A program made the translations under genes and the position numbers. A stretch of 63,957 nucleotides of DNA, filler included, from Octopus bimaculoides (taxonomy: Eukaryota): the NCBI RefSeq assembly GCF_001194135.2. It is 6 parts of 5 records of this genome, joined end to end, with 100 filler letters (N's around TTAATTAATTAA, not from the genome) between each part and the next. Parts side by side here need not be neighbours in the genome. Positions count along the whole stretch, not along the records: positions 9,610 to 19,140 come from NC_068985.1; positions 19,241 to 40,093 come from NC_068986.1; 4 more parts are not named here. The stretch is one strand, 5' to 3'. Every line of letters begins with the position of its first letter. Within the stretch, counting starts at the first letter, position 1. Below the pieces are notes generated by a model. That model saw only the letters and a program-made list of their open reading frames with translations. It was not told the DNA's origin and searched no databases. Shown here piece by piece: positions 12,369 to 25,382 of the stretch.

Positions 12369-14889
12369 GCACGATAATGCACACACACGTTTATGCCTTC
12401 CCTTCTCAATCTCTCAAACGTTCTTCTTTTTACATATACATTTCATTGCTAAAGGCTGTAAATAATATACATACATATATGTGCACATGTTTACACACAC
12501 GTACACATATATACATATATTTGTATATACATTTATACATATATGCATATAAATTCACTTATAACTACACACACATTTATACATACATAATATACATACA
12601 TACATACACACATACATACATACATACATACATACATACATAAAGTGTTACCAACCATAAATATATTCAGTTTGACACTTATTTCTGATACTTGGCGATA
12701 GGATTCGGCATTAGTTAAATTTGGTTCAAATACAGCTGTCTGGCAAAAGATTTACTATAATTAGATCTGTCTAGTAGCAACCGATTAGTCGTTAATAGGC
12801 ATATTTATATCGTCGCTGTAAAGAATTCTTCAGCATTTGCTATTCCATTGTTTCAATTTGAAAACGATTTATGATATGTTCAGTCCGCTAATACTGGAAG
12901 TTTTAGTTTCGATGCGAGTACTGAAGGTTGTAGATATATTGGGATAGTTAACTAAAATATACAATGTTACTGTTTGGGAAGGAGTGACTAGAGTACATAA
13001 ATTTATCCTTGAAAGTAATTTTTCCTAGCCCAATATGCTTTGCATCGAACTTTGGTCCAGTTGTACCTTTCATTCAGAGACTAACTTTTTGTGAGCTATT
13101 GATCAACTGTACGCTGTAGTTTTTGTAAACTCAGTTGTGGATCGTTTATTTGTTGTCGTTGCTGTTATTCTACTGATATTATTGATCACCCTTAATGACG
13201 CAGACCTAAGTTCAATTACGACTCAGATGTAAAAATGTGTTTGGTTTTGCTAACTAGTATATCTCAGATTAAATTATCCAATGCGTTCTTATATTTTTAA
13301 GAGAGGTGGGTTGCAATAAGATTCTTTCCTGGCTCCTATTTCTAACAAGTTCAGCTACCACATGGGGGAACTCTCAATTGCTCGTTTTACAATAATGTTA
13401 ATACCGGGCTTTTTGTTGCAATGGCAACTTCTAAATGTTTACACGTTAAACCGATAGTGTTGTTTACGTCAACACTATGAATAACCTTTAGTTATTATGT
13501 TTCTACGTCTTCCGCACCGTTCAAGAATCAAAAATTATTAATGTCACTCTTGATATGTAACGGAAAGCAAAAATAGTGGTTTCAATATGATTAAAACTTT
13601 TTATATTTATTGAGTGCTACGTCTCTGACGCCAAATTCATACATACATAGATACACAATCCCATCTATATAAATTCACCCATGCATGCATATATACTAAC
13701 ATGTTTCATTTATGTTGTTGTTGGAGTTGATGCTGCTGCTGCTGTTACCCAGCGTTAAGTTGGCTTCCATTCAACAGATAAATAACCTATCGGGGATTAT
13801 CTTATTACAGAAGTAACATGCGATTCGCAAGAGATTTAGCTGCAATTTCTGGCTGCTTTACTGAAGGGCTGAAACTTTACATGCTTTTATAGTAATGACG
13901 CGAGCTATAAAATTGGGGCTCAAGATGATGAGCAGCATGTCCCTAAGTTACTATCTTTGTGAAATAACACTAACTTCTTATTGATAATGAAGAGAAACTA
14001 TTGACCTGAAATATCGAAAAATAATTTTTAAAAGGTTTTCCTTTGTTTCCTATAGACTTACTTCCCAGCGTAGAATAAGTTGATCTAACAATTTGTTACT
14101 TTATCAAATACTGACTCAACACGCTGTTTTTAAAAGTATTTCGATAGACAAGTTCGAATTGAATTCAGGAATTTAATATTAAGTTGAAAATTTCCGGAAT
14201 CTTTATTTCCGGTGTTCAATTGTTTTGATTGTAATAAGGCAATATGACGTCAGTATTTATCGTAGTTAGCTTTCATTTTCTTTTCTATGTCTAAATATCC
14301 ATTTTCCACACTACTTCAAGCAGCGCAACAAACAGGAGTTTCAATGATTTGTTTTTAAAATAATCTACTTTGAATGAATGTACATATGTTATAAGAAATT
14401 ACACTTCCTGGATTGTGGTAATTTCATAGATGTCATATGATCAGCCTTTCATGTTCAAAAGGTTTTCATTATTAACTGTTATTCGGAATTCAGTTCAAAG
14501 TATGACAGCTAATAATTTCTCAATGGAATCAAACGCAATATACAGCTACCAGCATCAAACTTCTTTATTGCCAAGGGAAATGTCGAGGAACCACAATCTA
14601 TCTGCTAAAAACATAAGATGCTGAGAAGGACTTTTGATCCAACCCAGCTTAATTATCAATGTTCTGAACTAATTATAAACATCAATAAATTCGAAATACT
14701 AATTAATTATAAATAGATTGGCAAATGAGAAATATTTCTATAACTATCAATAACAACAACAACGACGGTTATGTGAACAGCACATTCTATCTAACGATAC
14801 AACTACTGGAAAACCTGGAACAGATGAACACAGAGATAATCGGGATAAAAATGATGACACCGGTAATGTTGTTGGTGACAGTGGCGTTG

Positions 14890-15970
14890 GGCTTGTGTTG
14901 GGCTGGCATCTTTGGCCGCTGTAATGCTGGTGCTGGAGATGATGGCTCTAGAGGTGGTAGTGATATTACGAGCAGTGGATTTTGTAATGAAGGACAGGGT
15001 GGTAATGGCAAGGATGATGTTAATGGCAAGGATGATGATGATAGTCGTTGTAATAGTAGTATTGCGAGTAGTGGGAGTAGTAAGAAGTTATGTTGTGGTA
15101 GTGGTAATGAAGGTGTAGTCAAGGTGCAGTTGGTGTTAGTAGTAACTGTAGTGATGTTGTCACTGGTGGTGAAAGTAGTCGTGGTAGTGTTGGTAGTTGT
15201 GATGNNNNNNNNNNNNNNNNNNNNNNNNNNNNNNNNNNNNNNNNNNNNNNNNNNNNNNNNNNNNNNNNNNNNNNNNNNNNNNNNNNNNNNNNNNNNNNNN
15301 NNNNNNNNNNNNNNNNNNNNNNNNNNNNNNNNNNNNNNNNNNNNNNNNNNNNNNNNNNNNNNNNNNNNNNNNNNNNNNNNNNNNNNNNNNNNNNNNNNNN
15401 NNNNNNNNNNNNNNNNNNNNNNNNNNNNNNNNNNNNNNNNNNNNNNNNNNNNNNNNNNNNNNNNNNNNNNNNNNNNNNNNNNNNNNNNNNNNNNNNNNNN
15501 NNNNNNNNNNNNNNNNNNNNNNNNNNNNNNNNNNNNNNNNNNNNNNNNNNNNNNNNNNNNNNNNNNNNNNNNNNNNNNNNNNNNNNNNNNNNNNNNNNNN
15601 NNNNNNNNNNNNNNNNNNNNNNNNNNNNNNNNNNNNNNNNNNNNNNNNNNNNNNNNNNNNNNNNNNNNNNNNNNNNNNNNNNNNNNNNNNNNNNNNNNNN
15701 NNNNNNNNNNNNNNNNNNNNNNNNNNNNNNNNNNNNNNNNNNNNNNNNNNNNNNNNNNNNNNNNNNNNNNNNNNNNNNNNNNNNNNNNNNNNNNNNNNNN
15801 NNNNNNNNNNNNNNNNNNNNNNNNNNNNNNNNNNNNNNNNNTTCTTCTTCTTCTTCTTCTTCTTCTTCTTCTTCTTCTTCTTCTTCTTCGTCTTCTTCTT
15901 ATTATTATCATCATCATCATCATCATCGTCATCATCATTATCATCATCATCATCATTATCATCATTATTA
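14890..15970. repeat. Low-complexity GGT/GAT and TTC/ATC tracts around a gap
   Basis: Read directly; N gap 15205-15841. Confidence 0.85.
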
Positions 15971-16394
15971 TTGAGTTCGAGAGCATATGTGTGCGACATG
16001 GTGATCTCATAGCAAACTAAACAGCAAACGACATTACAGGTGGGGCCCAGTTAGAATTGTTTTCAGGTCGAGTAGGCAATCCCGCTCAAAGGTCCCTGAA
16101 TACGGGTTGTATAAGGATGTTCAAATAAACACCCATGTTTCCATAGGTGAATTATCCAAACCCCAAATAATTCCTCTCGACACAAGGCTACGATGCTCCC
16201 TCGCTACTTCTGCTCGTGAACAGAGATGCATATACTGTCGGCCACTAAAAGACATGCTCAGTTTGTTATGGTCAAACAACTGACAACCAAAAGTGGGGTA
16301 TTAAGCCAAATATTTGCTGAAGCCCATCTATTTGTTACACCAAAACAAAACATGTACATGATACAACTTCCAATTAGTTAAGATTAGAAAACAC
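15968..16394. mobile_element. Non-coding interspersed repeat, same family as 59746-60175
   Basis: Aligns by eye with the 59.7-kb copy (GACATGGTGATCTCATA, GGTGAATTAT, CTACTTCTGCTCGTGA, GGTCAAACAACTGACA). Confidence 0.8.
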
Positions 16395-17240
16395 NNNNNN
16401 NNNNNNNNNNNNNNNNNNNNNNNNNNNNNNNNNNNNNNNNNNNNNNNNNNNNNNNNNNNNNNNNNNNNNNNNNNNNNNNNNNNNNNNNNNNNNNNNNNNN
16501 NNNNNNNNNNNNNNNNNNNNNNNNNNNNNNNNNNNNNNNNNNNNNNNNNNNNNNNNNNNNNNNNNNNNNNNNNNNNNNNNNNNNNNNNNNNNNNNNNNNN
16601 NNNNNNNNNNNNNNNNNNNNNNNNNNNNNNNNNNNNNNNNNNNNNNNNNNNNNNNNNNNNNNNNNNNNNNNNNNNNNNNNNNNNNNNNNNNNNNNNNNNN
16701 NNNNNNNNNNNNNNNNNNNNNNNNNNNNNNNNNNNNNNNNNNNNNNNNNNNNNNNNNNNNNNNNNNNNNNNNNNNNNNNNNNNNNNNNNNNNNNNNNNNN
16801 NNNNNNNNNNNNNNNNNNNNNNNNNNNNNNNNNNNNNNNNNNNNNNNNNNNNNNNNNNNNNNNNNNNNNNNNNNNNNNNNNNNNNNNNNNNNNNNNNNNN
16901 NNNNNNNNNNNNNNNNNNNNNNNNNNNNNNNNNNNNNNNNNNNNNNNNNNNNNNNNNNNNNNNNNNNNNNNNNNNNNNNNNNNNNNNNNNNNNNNNNNNN
17001 NNNNNNNNNNNNNNNNNNNNNNNNNNNNNNNNNNNNNNNNNNNNNNNNNNNNNNNNNNNNNNNNNNNNNNNNNNNNNNNNNNNNNNNNNNNNNNNNNNNN
17101 NNNNNNNNNNNNNNNNNNNNNNNNNNNNNNNNNNNNNNNNNNNNNNNNNNNNNNNNNNNNNNNNNNNNNNNNNNNNNNNNNNNNNNNNNNNNNNNNNNNN
17201 NNNNNNNNNNNNNNNNNNNNNNNNNNNNNNNNNNNNNNNN

Positions 17241-17315
17241 GTTTCTTGTCCATCTCCACATATTCTACAGTTACTTGTTATATTTCTTTTCATTATATGT
17301 TTTTGGTAATTTCTG

Positions 17316-17318
<3 letters not shown>
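17241..17318 (-). mobile_element. RLE-LINE zinc-knuckle fragment running into a gap
   Basis: MKRNITSNCRICGDGQE (CxxC of the knuckle preceding the RLE domain); starts at a (TTA)n tract. Confidence 0.7.
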
Positions 17319-17380
<62 letters not shown>

Positions 17381-17382
<2 letters not shown>

Positions 17383-19020
17383 GACAACTTTTTCATCGAC
17401 CACACTGCTTAACTTCCCAAGCTAACCTGTCATATCTCGACTTCTCTTTCTTCCTTATGACATACCTTGTTGTCAGCTGGGCCTGCCATGTCTATGACCC
17501 AGCATAGTTTGATTTCTTTACCAATTAAGATTATGTCAGGCTTTCTATTCTCAATCTCATGGTCGCACTGAATCATAAAATGCCACAGGATCTTTGCATT
17601 TCTATTTTCAACAATGCCGTCAGGATTGTGGTCGTACCAATTTTTGCTTTATCAAGTCCATACTTGTTGCAAAGTGTCCAATGGACAAGGTTGACTATAT
17701 TGTCTGGGCTAGCGGCGTACACTGGACGGTAATATGTCATACGGTTTCACAGATTCTGCACTTATCACTTTCTGATGTGTTGTCTATTCTGTATTTTATG
17801 TAGTTTGTTCCTAGTTCTTACTCTTGGGCAGCAGAGATTAGGGCCTATGTTTCCGGTTTTAAATCACTTTTATCAACTTTTCATCTGTACATCCTCCATT
17901 TAGTTCTTTATAGAACCTCTTCTGATCTACTCTGAATAACCTAATCTGGTGGTAACCCTTCATTTTTTGGACGTATCTTACCATCTTTGCTTTCTTTGCA
18001 ACGAGGCGCTGGGTCAGTTCCTCCACTACTACTTTCAGGCCCTTTCTTTCAATATTATACTTCTTTTTTAGCACCGTGCATTGTTGTTTGTTTTTAAGCT
18101 CCACTTTCGCTTCTCGGTCTAACACAGAGATTTCTTTCGAGAGCATATCTAACTCTACCTGGTTAGACATGCTCCTTTATTTTCCAGCATGGATCTTTTC
18201 TTTTGCCACTTTCATTATGTTTCTTTTTCTTGACATCGACACCCACGTTTTCTGCTACAACAATACTTGCTGCCTTGATCAAATTATTTGTTTCTGTGAT
18301 GTTGTTTGTTCTGATATATTTGAGAATTTCATTGACATTTTTCGTTTCTTGGTTCAATTTCCATGGATCAACCTTTTTTAAGGTTGCAAATAATGTCACT
18401 ATCGTTCTCTTGTAGTCTTACCTTTATTCTGTCGTAGATTGCCTTTTGTTCATCTGTCATGTCACTATTAGTTTTATTGTCTTCTTTTAGATCATCTATA
18501 TGTCTCTCATCAAGTAAGCTACCACTGCTCCTTTCCTGTGCTATGAGATTTCTCTTAGTAAGAACTCTATTTTCATCTTTATCTACGCTGCAATTGTCCA
18601 TGACCCGTCTTTTGATAGCTTCGAGCTCAACCTCTGTGAACCAACATTTTTTCTTTTTGCTCTAGCTTGATCACAGTTTGATTCTGTGAGTTGAAACGAT
18701 CTTTTTTCTCTCCAATGGTCATACCTAAGTTGTCGGTAACTCCTAATTTGAGCACCATTTCATCTACCGGGTTGCTCAGGTAATAACACTCGATGACCAC
18801 AGCGTTACTCTGTTTGCTCCATCTACGCCGTGTGTGGACCAGAATCTCTGAGCCTACCGGGTGTTACACTGTCACCATCATTAGCATCAGTTTCATGCAC
18901 GTATAGTTGTGATGCATGAGTCTGGTGTACCGTTATCAGATGGGTAGTGATGATGGGTATACTGGGCTTCGTATGTTTTTCCGCAGGGTCATTTAGATGG
19001 CATGCATTGCTCTCTCACTA
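17381..19020 (-). mobile_element. R4/Dong-like LINE with the RT domain deleted
   Basis: N-terminal RRRWSKQSNAVVIECYYLSNP, TEVELEAIKRRV and FRVDQKRFYKEL are joined near 17880 to C-terminal ALISAAQE, DKCRIC, ENAKILW, NRKPDII. No YxDD region between them. Confidence 0.85.
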
Positions 19021-19042
19021 AATAATAATGATGATGATGATG

Positions 19043-19140
<98 letters not shown>
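19021..19140. repeat. (AAT)n microsatellite
   Basis: Read directly. Confidence 0.95.
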
Positions 19141-20274
19141 NNNNNNNNNNNNNNNNNNNNNNNNNNNNNNNNNNNNNNNNNNNNTTAATTAATTAANNNN
19201 NNNNNNNNNNNNNNNNNNNNNNNNNNNNNNNNNNNNNNNNTTATTATTATTATTATTATTATTAGTATAAGAGATTTCTTTGCTTAATTTTGTTATATTT
19301 AAAGTGAACATATCATGAAATGATAAAAATAGCTTTTATTAAGAAAATGTGAAGATTGCGAAAGTTCTTGCGTTTTATGAGATACAGGAATTGATGGCTT
19401 CCGCAGCTCTGGTTAAAAATATATGGCTGGCTTTGTCTGGTATTTTAAACACGGATTTGACTTGTGTGCAAAGTTAATGTAATAACCTTGCTACGACCAC
19501 TTACCTCAAAGTTGAAATTCAATTCGTGATGAAAGGAACAACTTAGATTTGTCTTTCGGAGATTTACATATGTTACTATGCATGAAGTTGTCAAACCACA
19601 GTTGTAATGTGTTAAATAACTAATCGCTGAACACAATAAACTCAAATAGTTATTCAAGACGAAATACCAAGAAAAAGAAAGTTTTTTTTTATTTAAAAGC
19701 CAAGAACGTACTGTTAAATGGCAATGGCCGGGTTGCTCCATCGATTGTAATATATTTTCTGAGTAAATAAAAAAAAATACGTAGAGGTTATAGAATGTTA
19801 CTTGACTAATAGCAAAATCAGAATCTCTGAACAGTACGAGAGTACATTTTAAAACCAGTATCCATTGTTATGGAAATTACATTTCTGTGAGTTAGCCGTG
19901 TATTCCATTGTCAGATGACGTGGACAATAGTCGTCATAGTGATATTTCGAGAGATTTTAATGAACAACGGATTTCCACAATAAAAGCAAGTTGATTATTT
20001 AGTGTTCATTTTAGCTTGATAAATCAACTGATGGGAAGAAAACTGACTAACTTATCATTTATATGAGACACTCCGAGGATAAAAAGCATGAGAGCAGGGG
20101 GACATCTTATTCAGCAAACTGCTTTTTGCTTCAATAACTGGATAGCTTTTTAAAATGATAGACTACATTTTTTAACATGCTAGAATTGGTGTATCAGCGT
20201 GTACACCAACAATACTTGGAAACAAGTCAGGGATTGTCAGGAAAACTTATTAAAGTTATCCAATGTTTTGCCTT

Positions 20275-20306
<32 letters not shown>

Positions 20307-20539
20307 GATATATATATATAACTTCTTGCTTTTAATAATAAATTACATTGTCCAAAATCTCAATAAAAATCATACATCTGTAATGCTTATTTTTCTATCA
20401 AAATTGTATATGAATATTTAGGTTATATTTATTTATTTATGTGTTTCAGCCAAGTGGCTGCGCTCTAAAATTTCATCATTCCAGTAAAAAAAAAAATTAT
20501 CTAAATAAGATTGTCCTTTTCTTTTAAGATTTCCATAAT

Positions 20540-21140
20540 TTGAAAGCATACTTCAATTAGCTTATGTTTAGCGATGCTATTTTCTAAATTGAATGACTAA
20601 AATATCTCTCTACAAGGCTGTGAACAAACAGAAATCCAAATTATGCAAAAATGAATCTGGTGCAATAACAATAAATACATGGCTTTTCCAGAATTGAATC
20701 TTTTGAATGATTACAGTAATAATCTTAATGGCAAACAAAATATTATCACGAGCAACCTAGTAAAATTGCTGTCCGGTGGGAAACACAATTGGAGGGCAAA
20801 TTCCATTTAGTACAGATATAAATGACTTGCATGCAGATTTTATTAACACTAATAAATTTCAAGAGGAGTTTAACGAAATTCAAAATTATGTGAACGTTAT
20901 CATTTTTATAAAGAAGTCAAATCTATCCTTGCATTCTTCTTTTGAATGCCAGGGAAAGAAAACAAGTTGTTGGAAATGAAACAATGAAGGTGTAACTCCC
21001 TTTTGCAGTAACATATCACTGTAAATTGAGAAATAATAAATACAAAAACCAAGCTAAGAAACCGATTACAATTTGAATATGGCTTAGTACACAGCTCGTC
21101 GGAGATGAAATCTTGACTGATAGAGTTTTCTGATCTTGCC
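20540..21140 (+). mobile_element. Highly decayed hAT (Buster/Charlie-like) transposase C-terminus
   Basis: LND*NISLQG and INTKTKLRNRLQFE resemble hAT LNxxLQG and KTKxRNRL motifs; no intact ORF. Confidence 0.5.
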
Positions 21141-21365
21141 AGGACTTAAAAGTTCTTTGTGCAAATGATTTCTGGTAAAATATGTAAAATTTAGGGAAGT
21201 GAGCGAATAGCATGCATCTACAGAGATTGCATACAGTTACGGGTAACTTAGTTATTAACACGGACATATCCCAATTAATAGTGCTAAACCATTATATAAA
21301 ATACGTTTATGTATTTCTTTTGTATGATTCCTGATGTGAAATCACGTCTTGAAACAGATATCATT

Positions 21366-21713
21366 ATATTTGGGGATGGCCATATTTTTTGCCAATTGAC
21401 CACATGCACTATATACTTGGTCTTCAGTTCAGCTTTATTATCATTTGTCTAAAATGTTTCGTCACACATCCTGTAACCCCTTCAGCGACTCTCCCTCCCA
21501 CGTTTCTCCTCCTGTTCTGTTTAATCCATTCCGTCTCTGACTAAATAGAACAGGAGACATGTGGGATGAACATTCGTTGAAGATGTCGTAGAATGTGTGA
21601 TGAAAACTTTCAGACAAAGGACACTAAAATAAAAATGATAATAAAGCTGAAGTGAAGACCAAGTATATAGAGTGTGTGGTTAATTGGCAAAAAATATGAC
21701 CATTAACAAATAT
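21366..21713. repeat. ~350-bp fold-back (long imperfect inverted repeat)
   Basis: Left arm 21366-21526 is the reverse complement of right arm 21538-21713, apart from a ~24-bp indel. Confidence 0.9.
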
Positions 21714-23260
21714 AAAAATATTTGTATAAAATATATTTAGTAAATCTTAGAACAAAATCAATTTACTATTCTCAGTTACTGATTTGTTTTTTAGCCATAA
21801 AATCTCAATGTTTATTCGCGATAGTGAATGTAATTTGATGGCAATAAGTGAAGCTATTAAGAGACGCGTGATACTTGTAGTTCATGGGGTTTATCAATAT
21901 CTATTTTCATAAAATAAATGCCCTCGCGAAATAAATTTAGTAAAATCGTCATTAGAGTAAAATTAATTTACTATTCTCAGTAGCGGATTCATTTTTTATG
22001 CTGTAAAAAAATTCGTTTTCAGGATTACAGGAAAAGAAATGAAATAATATCAGCTGTTTGCCTATTTTATGATACAGAATCGTCTTTTCTTCCTTAATTA
22101 AATATCTAATTCCTCCTCATTATATTTTCTCTTATATTTGAAATATACTGAAAATAATCTATAGTGAACAGAATGAATGCAATTTAGCATTTTTTAATGA
22201 AAAGATTCCCTTTCTCTCATTTGGGGGGTCGCCACCTTAAAACGACAACTTATTTTGGGCTTCTATTCAAAAAAATTAAGAGGCACTAACTAAGACGTTC
22301 TCTCGTTTTCTAGTCACTTTCCAGGCTGATACACGCTGTAAAGAATACAGAACAAGTACGAAGCTATTCTTAGCGAATATATACACATTCGGTTGTAAAG
22401 AAATAATTATGCGGACTTTACTATAAGCATTGACGGTACATTGTAACACACATTCACAAGAACATTTGTAATTTGTCTCTGTGTGTATGTGTGTGTTTGG
22501 ATGTGAGTGGTAGAATACATGCATACATACATGTATATATACATACGTACACACACACATATACACGCACATATACTTCTAAAATATCGCCTTCTTGAGT
22601 AGTTTTATGGATTTTTGCGACAAAATGCAATCAATATAAATACATTCATACACATATATATCGATATGTATATGTTTGTATGTGTACGTGTATGTATCAA
22701 TGTATACGTGTGTGTATATTAATCTTTGCGTAAGTATTTATAACATGTATCATGCGCGTATCTATGACTGTGTGTCGGTTTGGTATGAGTTAAGGGGAGA
22801 GGATGTGGGAGAGTGAAAAGAAGCAATATAAATTTACTACTGATACGGCTTTATAAAAGTGGTTTTGTAGGAAGATCATCAATAATTTTAACTCTAGAGA
22901 TCTAGAAGTTTCGCATAGAAAATATGTACGCAAAATATATTGTAATGCAATTGAGGTGAATGAATCATTTTAAAAAGCCAACTTTCTGAACAAAATTAAA
23001 TATAACGAAAGTGAAGTGGGGTGTAGGTTTTTAAATCATAAACTATATAAGATATACACAGACGAATTAGCCAATACACTGGGGAGTAGAACTATATACG
23101 TAAATGCGTAAGATGCAGGGTAAGCGTATGTATGTGTACGTATTATACGTGTGGGTGTGTATAAACGTCGTATATTATATATTATTGATTTACATATTCT
23201 ATTTGGTTTTATGTATACTTGAGATAAGTATCAATTTAAACGAGTCTGGCAAAATGAATT

Positions 23261-23292
<32 letters not shown>

Positions 23293-23689
23293 CGGTTTGG
23301 AAACAATACATCTGCTTTTGTTTAACGTTTCTATGTGCGTAATTCTACATATGTATATATGTGTGGGTGTAATATATATTTATATGTATATTTCTGTGTG
23401 TGTGTGTGTTTGTGTGCGCGTGTGCGTATACACACATACGTATATACTTATACATATACATACGTATATTCATATTCATACATATATGTGTGAATATATC
23501 TTTGTGAATGAAGAGAGAGACAGAGAGAGACAGAGAGAGATTGAGTAATGCTGAGGTAATGAATACAGTTACGCTATACGTTTCTAATAACAGGACTTTG
23601 GTCATAAGATATATATGATATATATGTATATATGAGACAGGGAATGTATATGTGATAGCCTCTTTTCCTGAATTTCCCAGTGTATTTCA

Positions 23690-23757
<68 letters not shown>

Positions 23758-23921
23758 TGCGTGCGTGTTTGTAATGGTACCTATAACAAATTCGAATTCT
23801 ATTTGATANNNNNNNNNNNNNNNNNNNNNNNNNNNNNNNNNNNNNNNNNNNNNNNNNNNNNNNNNNNNNNNNNNNNNNNNNNNNNNNNNNNNNNNNNNNN
23901 NNNNNNNNNNNNNNNNNNNNN

Positions 23922-23964
<43 letters not shown>

Positions 23965-23989
23965 TAGATAACAAAGTGGTTTAGAAGTT

Positions 23990-24029
<40 letters not shown>

Positions 24030-24071
24030 TAGGTGATACGCAGTACTCTCAAAACAGTGAGACTATCTTTG

Positions 24072-24260
24072 CAGCCAGAATTGTTAGCACGCCGAGTAAA
24101 ATGCTTAGCGGCATTTCGTCCGTCTTTACTTTCTGAGTTCAAATCCCTCCGAAGTCGACTCTACCTTTCATCCTTTCGCGACCGATAAAATAAGTAGCAG
24201 TTGAGCACTGAGTCGAAGTGATCAAAAACTTTTGGCCTTGTGCCAATATTTGAAACCAAT
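24072..24260 (+). mobile_element. SINE family A
   Basis: GTTAGCACGCCG...ATGCTTAGCGGCATTTCGTC...GAGTTCAAATC. Confidence 0.85.
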
Positions 24261-24714
24261 ATATTACCTTTTTAATAAAATGATGCTCACCAAAAACGTC
24301 GTGGTTTATTTCTGTCACCCCTCAATAATTATTACTGTTTTATTTTTTCCTCCAGCCTTGCCACATCTTGTGTTTCATCTTCTCCACTCGTACGAATACC
24401 TGTCTCTCTTACTGGCGAACTTTATGCTATTACTCTATCTTTCTCTTTCCTACACATTCAATCTCGTACCTGTCTCCATTTGTAAATTTTCCTCATTCAT
24501 CCCGCAGTAAAAGGAAATATATGATGGCGTACTAAAGAAAGCAAATTAGTAATATCGTCTTTCTGTTATTCTAAGTTCGAATAACACCAAATGTACCTCT
24601 TCATTTTTCCTTTCATTCTACGTGATTCGATGAAACAAGTTCAAGGAAGTACAGCGGTGGACATAAGTGAGACTTTTGGCATTGTGTGGCCCTATTCCTA
24701 TATTTTTTCTTACA

Positions 24715-24895
24715 TATTGATTTCAAATTTTAGCACAAGGCCAGCAAGTTTGGGTGAGTGGGTAAGTCGGTTAGATCGACCCCGGTGTTTAACTGGTACT
24801 TACTTTATCGACCCCGAAAGGATGAAAGGCAAAGTCGACCTCAGCGGAATTTAACGTGAAGATGGACGAAATGCCGCTAAGCATTTTACCCTGCT
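24715..24895 (-). mobile_element. SINE family A
   Basis: ATCGACCCCGAAAGGATGAAAGGCAAAGTCGACCTC core. Confidence 0.85.
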
Positions 24896-25329
24896 AACCC
24901 TTATATATACATATATATATTATTTATAAACAAGAAGAATGGCGTGAAAAGTCTTTTTAATACATCGATCTATACAAAATTCTGGGGAGTCTGATTCGGC
25001 ATGTGTCATTTCAATGGCACCTGAAGAATAATCAATAATTCTATATATTGTTGCATAATATTGCAAGATTGATGAGATCGAATTCAGGTGAAAGAACGTG
25101 TAAATTGATGTATTAGAAAGACTCTTTCCTCTGTTCTACTTTTTAGTAATTATAAACATTCTGCAGATATGTATTTTCAGTTGTGAATGATAAAACACTG
25201 TCTTATCTAATAGACAATATACATGAATGAGCTTAATACTGTAAATTCCAAAATAAATAGCAGTATATATATATATATATATATATATATATNNNNNNNN
25301 NNNNNNNNNNNNNNNNNNNNNNNNNNNNN

Positions 25330-25382
<53 letters not shown>

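Noticed and set aside
14725-17293. Long ORFs of 280-430 aa (also at 26.8, 43, 50.4 and 52.8-55.1 kb)
   Set aside because: Mostly X from gaps plus microsatellite translations.
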